Positions 63,071 to 64,000 of a stretch of DNA of 64,000 bases are shown here, piece after piece. The stretch is taken from assembly GCA_001949185.1 (NCBI GenBank), contig BDGG01000002.1, positions 8,422,448 through 8,486,447 on the forward strand. Direction: 5' to 3'. This DNA comes from Ramazzottius varieornatus (Eukaryota; Animalia; Tardigrada). How positions within the stretch are numbered: position 1 is the stretch's first letter; each line of letters begins with the position of its first letter. The position numbers and the translations under genes are program-made. The notes below the pieces were generated by a model that saw nothing but the letters and a program-made list of their open reading frames with translations, was not told the origin of the DNA and made no database searches.

Positions 63071-64000
63071 TTAAAGTTTGGAAAAGCTTGATGCTCGAGA
63101 CAGTCCTGCAGATGTCTTCTTCCTGTACAGGCGTAGAAAAGCGCGGCGCATATCGGCACCGGCAAACCCGAACACGATGGGATTCAGCACCGAGAGCGCT
63201 TAACTAGTCCAATAGATTAGCGCCAGGAAGAGGGGGTACGTGTCATGGGTTATGTGCTGCAGCACCTCACAGACCACCCACGGCAGCCAGGCGGTCACAC
63301 ATGCGCAAAACAGCACCGTCAGAACGAGGAAGGCTTGCCGGTCTTTCTGCCAGCGACACCGTCGGGCCAGTATGTCAGTTGCTCGGACTCCGCGCGTTCG
63401 ATAGGAGTGGCCAATGTGGTGGACAAGGACGAGGTAGGATACGACAATGACGACAATTGGCGTGAAGATGTCCACCACGAAGATGACGAAAGAGTTGGCC
63501 CAGGGAGGCGCCTCTGCATTGTCTCACAGACAAGTGCGGTTGATGGACTGATTGGCAAAGTGTGTTCGAGTATAAATGAAGCCCGGTAACATGGAGGCGT
63601 ACGTGACAAACCATCCGCTGATAATGATAACATATGACTTTTTCAGCGTGTTGTGTAGACGGTAGGACAGCGGCCAAACAACGGCCCAAAGACAGTCGAC
63701 AAGCACACCGACAAGGCCCCACAGACGGATAATGTCCACGCAGTAGTCGAACCACATCCAGATGGTACAGTGAGTGTCGCTGAGCGGCCAGTAGCCGTAA
63801 TAAGTGAAGACGGCATAGTATGGCAAGTCGATGGCACCTGTCAGGAAGTCGTGGACGGCAATATCTAACAGGTAATAGTTGAAGGGGCTCCGTAGACGGG
63901 GGCTTGCCATGAATAGCAGAATAACCAATAGATTCGTCACGATCGTTATCAATGTCAGAAGACCAATGAGAACCATCACCCATAGCGGAGCGTGACTTTC
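63071..64000 (-). pseudogene. Intronless aminergic-like class A GPCR with two in-frame stops; 5' end outside the window
   Basis: TN..V, LRSPFNYYL, YGYWPLSD..C, CVTAWLPW, LNPIVF in one frame, interrupted by TGA at 63524-63526 and TAA at 63200-63202; the DRY position reads DCL. Confidence 0.85.

Overview
Eukaryotic (metazoan) genomic DNA with short spliceosomal introns. The compact gene layout and gene families suggest a tardigrade such as Ramazzottius; this is inference. The first ~40.5 kb is gene-dense: AMPK beta (3' part), an r-opsin, a decayed Ly6/uPAR-like gene, ornithine decarboxylase head-to-head with an NNMT/INMT-family methyltransferase, a secreted Rds1/Ferritin_2-type ferritin-like protein (horizontal-transfer candidate), a G9a/GLP-like protein with a degenerate SET active site, TOE1, RPB5 head-to-head with RPLP0 (in-frame TAA at codon 4), a TRIC/TMEM38 channel, three tandem secreted SUEL-lectin-like paralogs, a secreted Tyr/Cys-rich dermatopontin-like protein and an SLC16 transporter. 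Introns in this half repeatedly carry arrays of a ~48-bp hairpin (CAAGTGGCGCAC...GTGCGCCACTTG) with a ~72-73 bp period. The last ~23 kb is gene-poor and rich in transposable elements: hAT-like and Harbinger-like non-autonomous elements, MITEs, a CRE-like LINE end, GPCR pseudogenes, and a TTAA-flanked piggyBac element carrying a spliced transposase plus a second, cleanly spliced 106-aa accessory gene. Exon boundaries were read by eye from splice signals and frame continuity. Family calls come from recognised motifs, not database searches.
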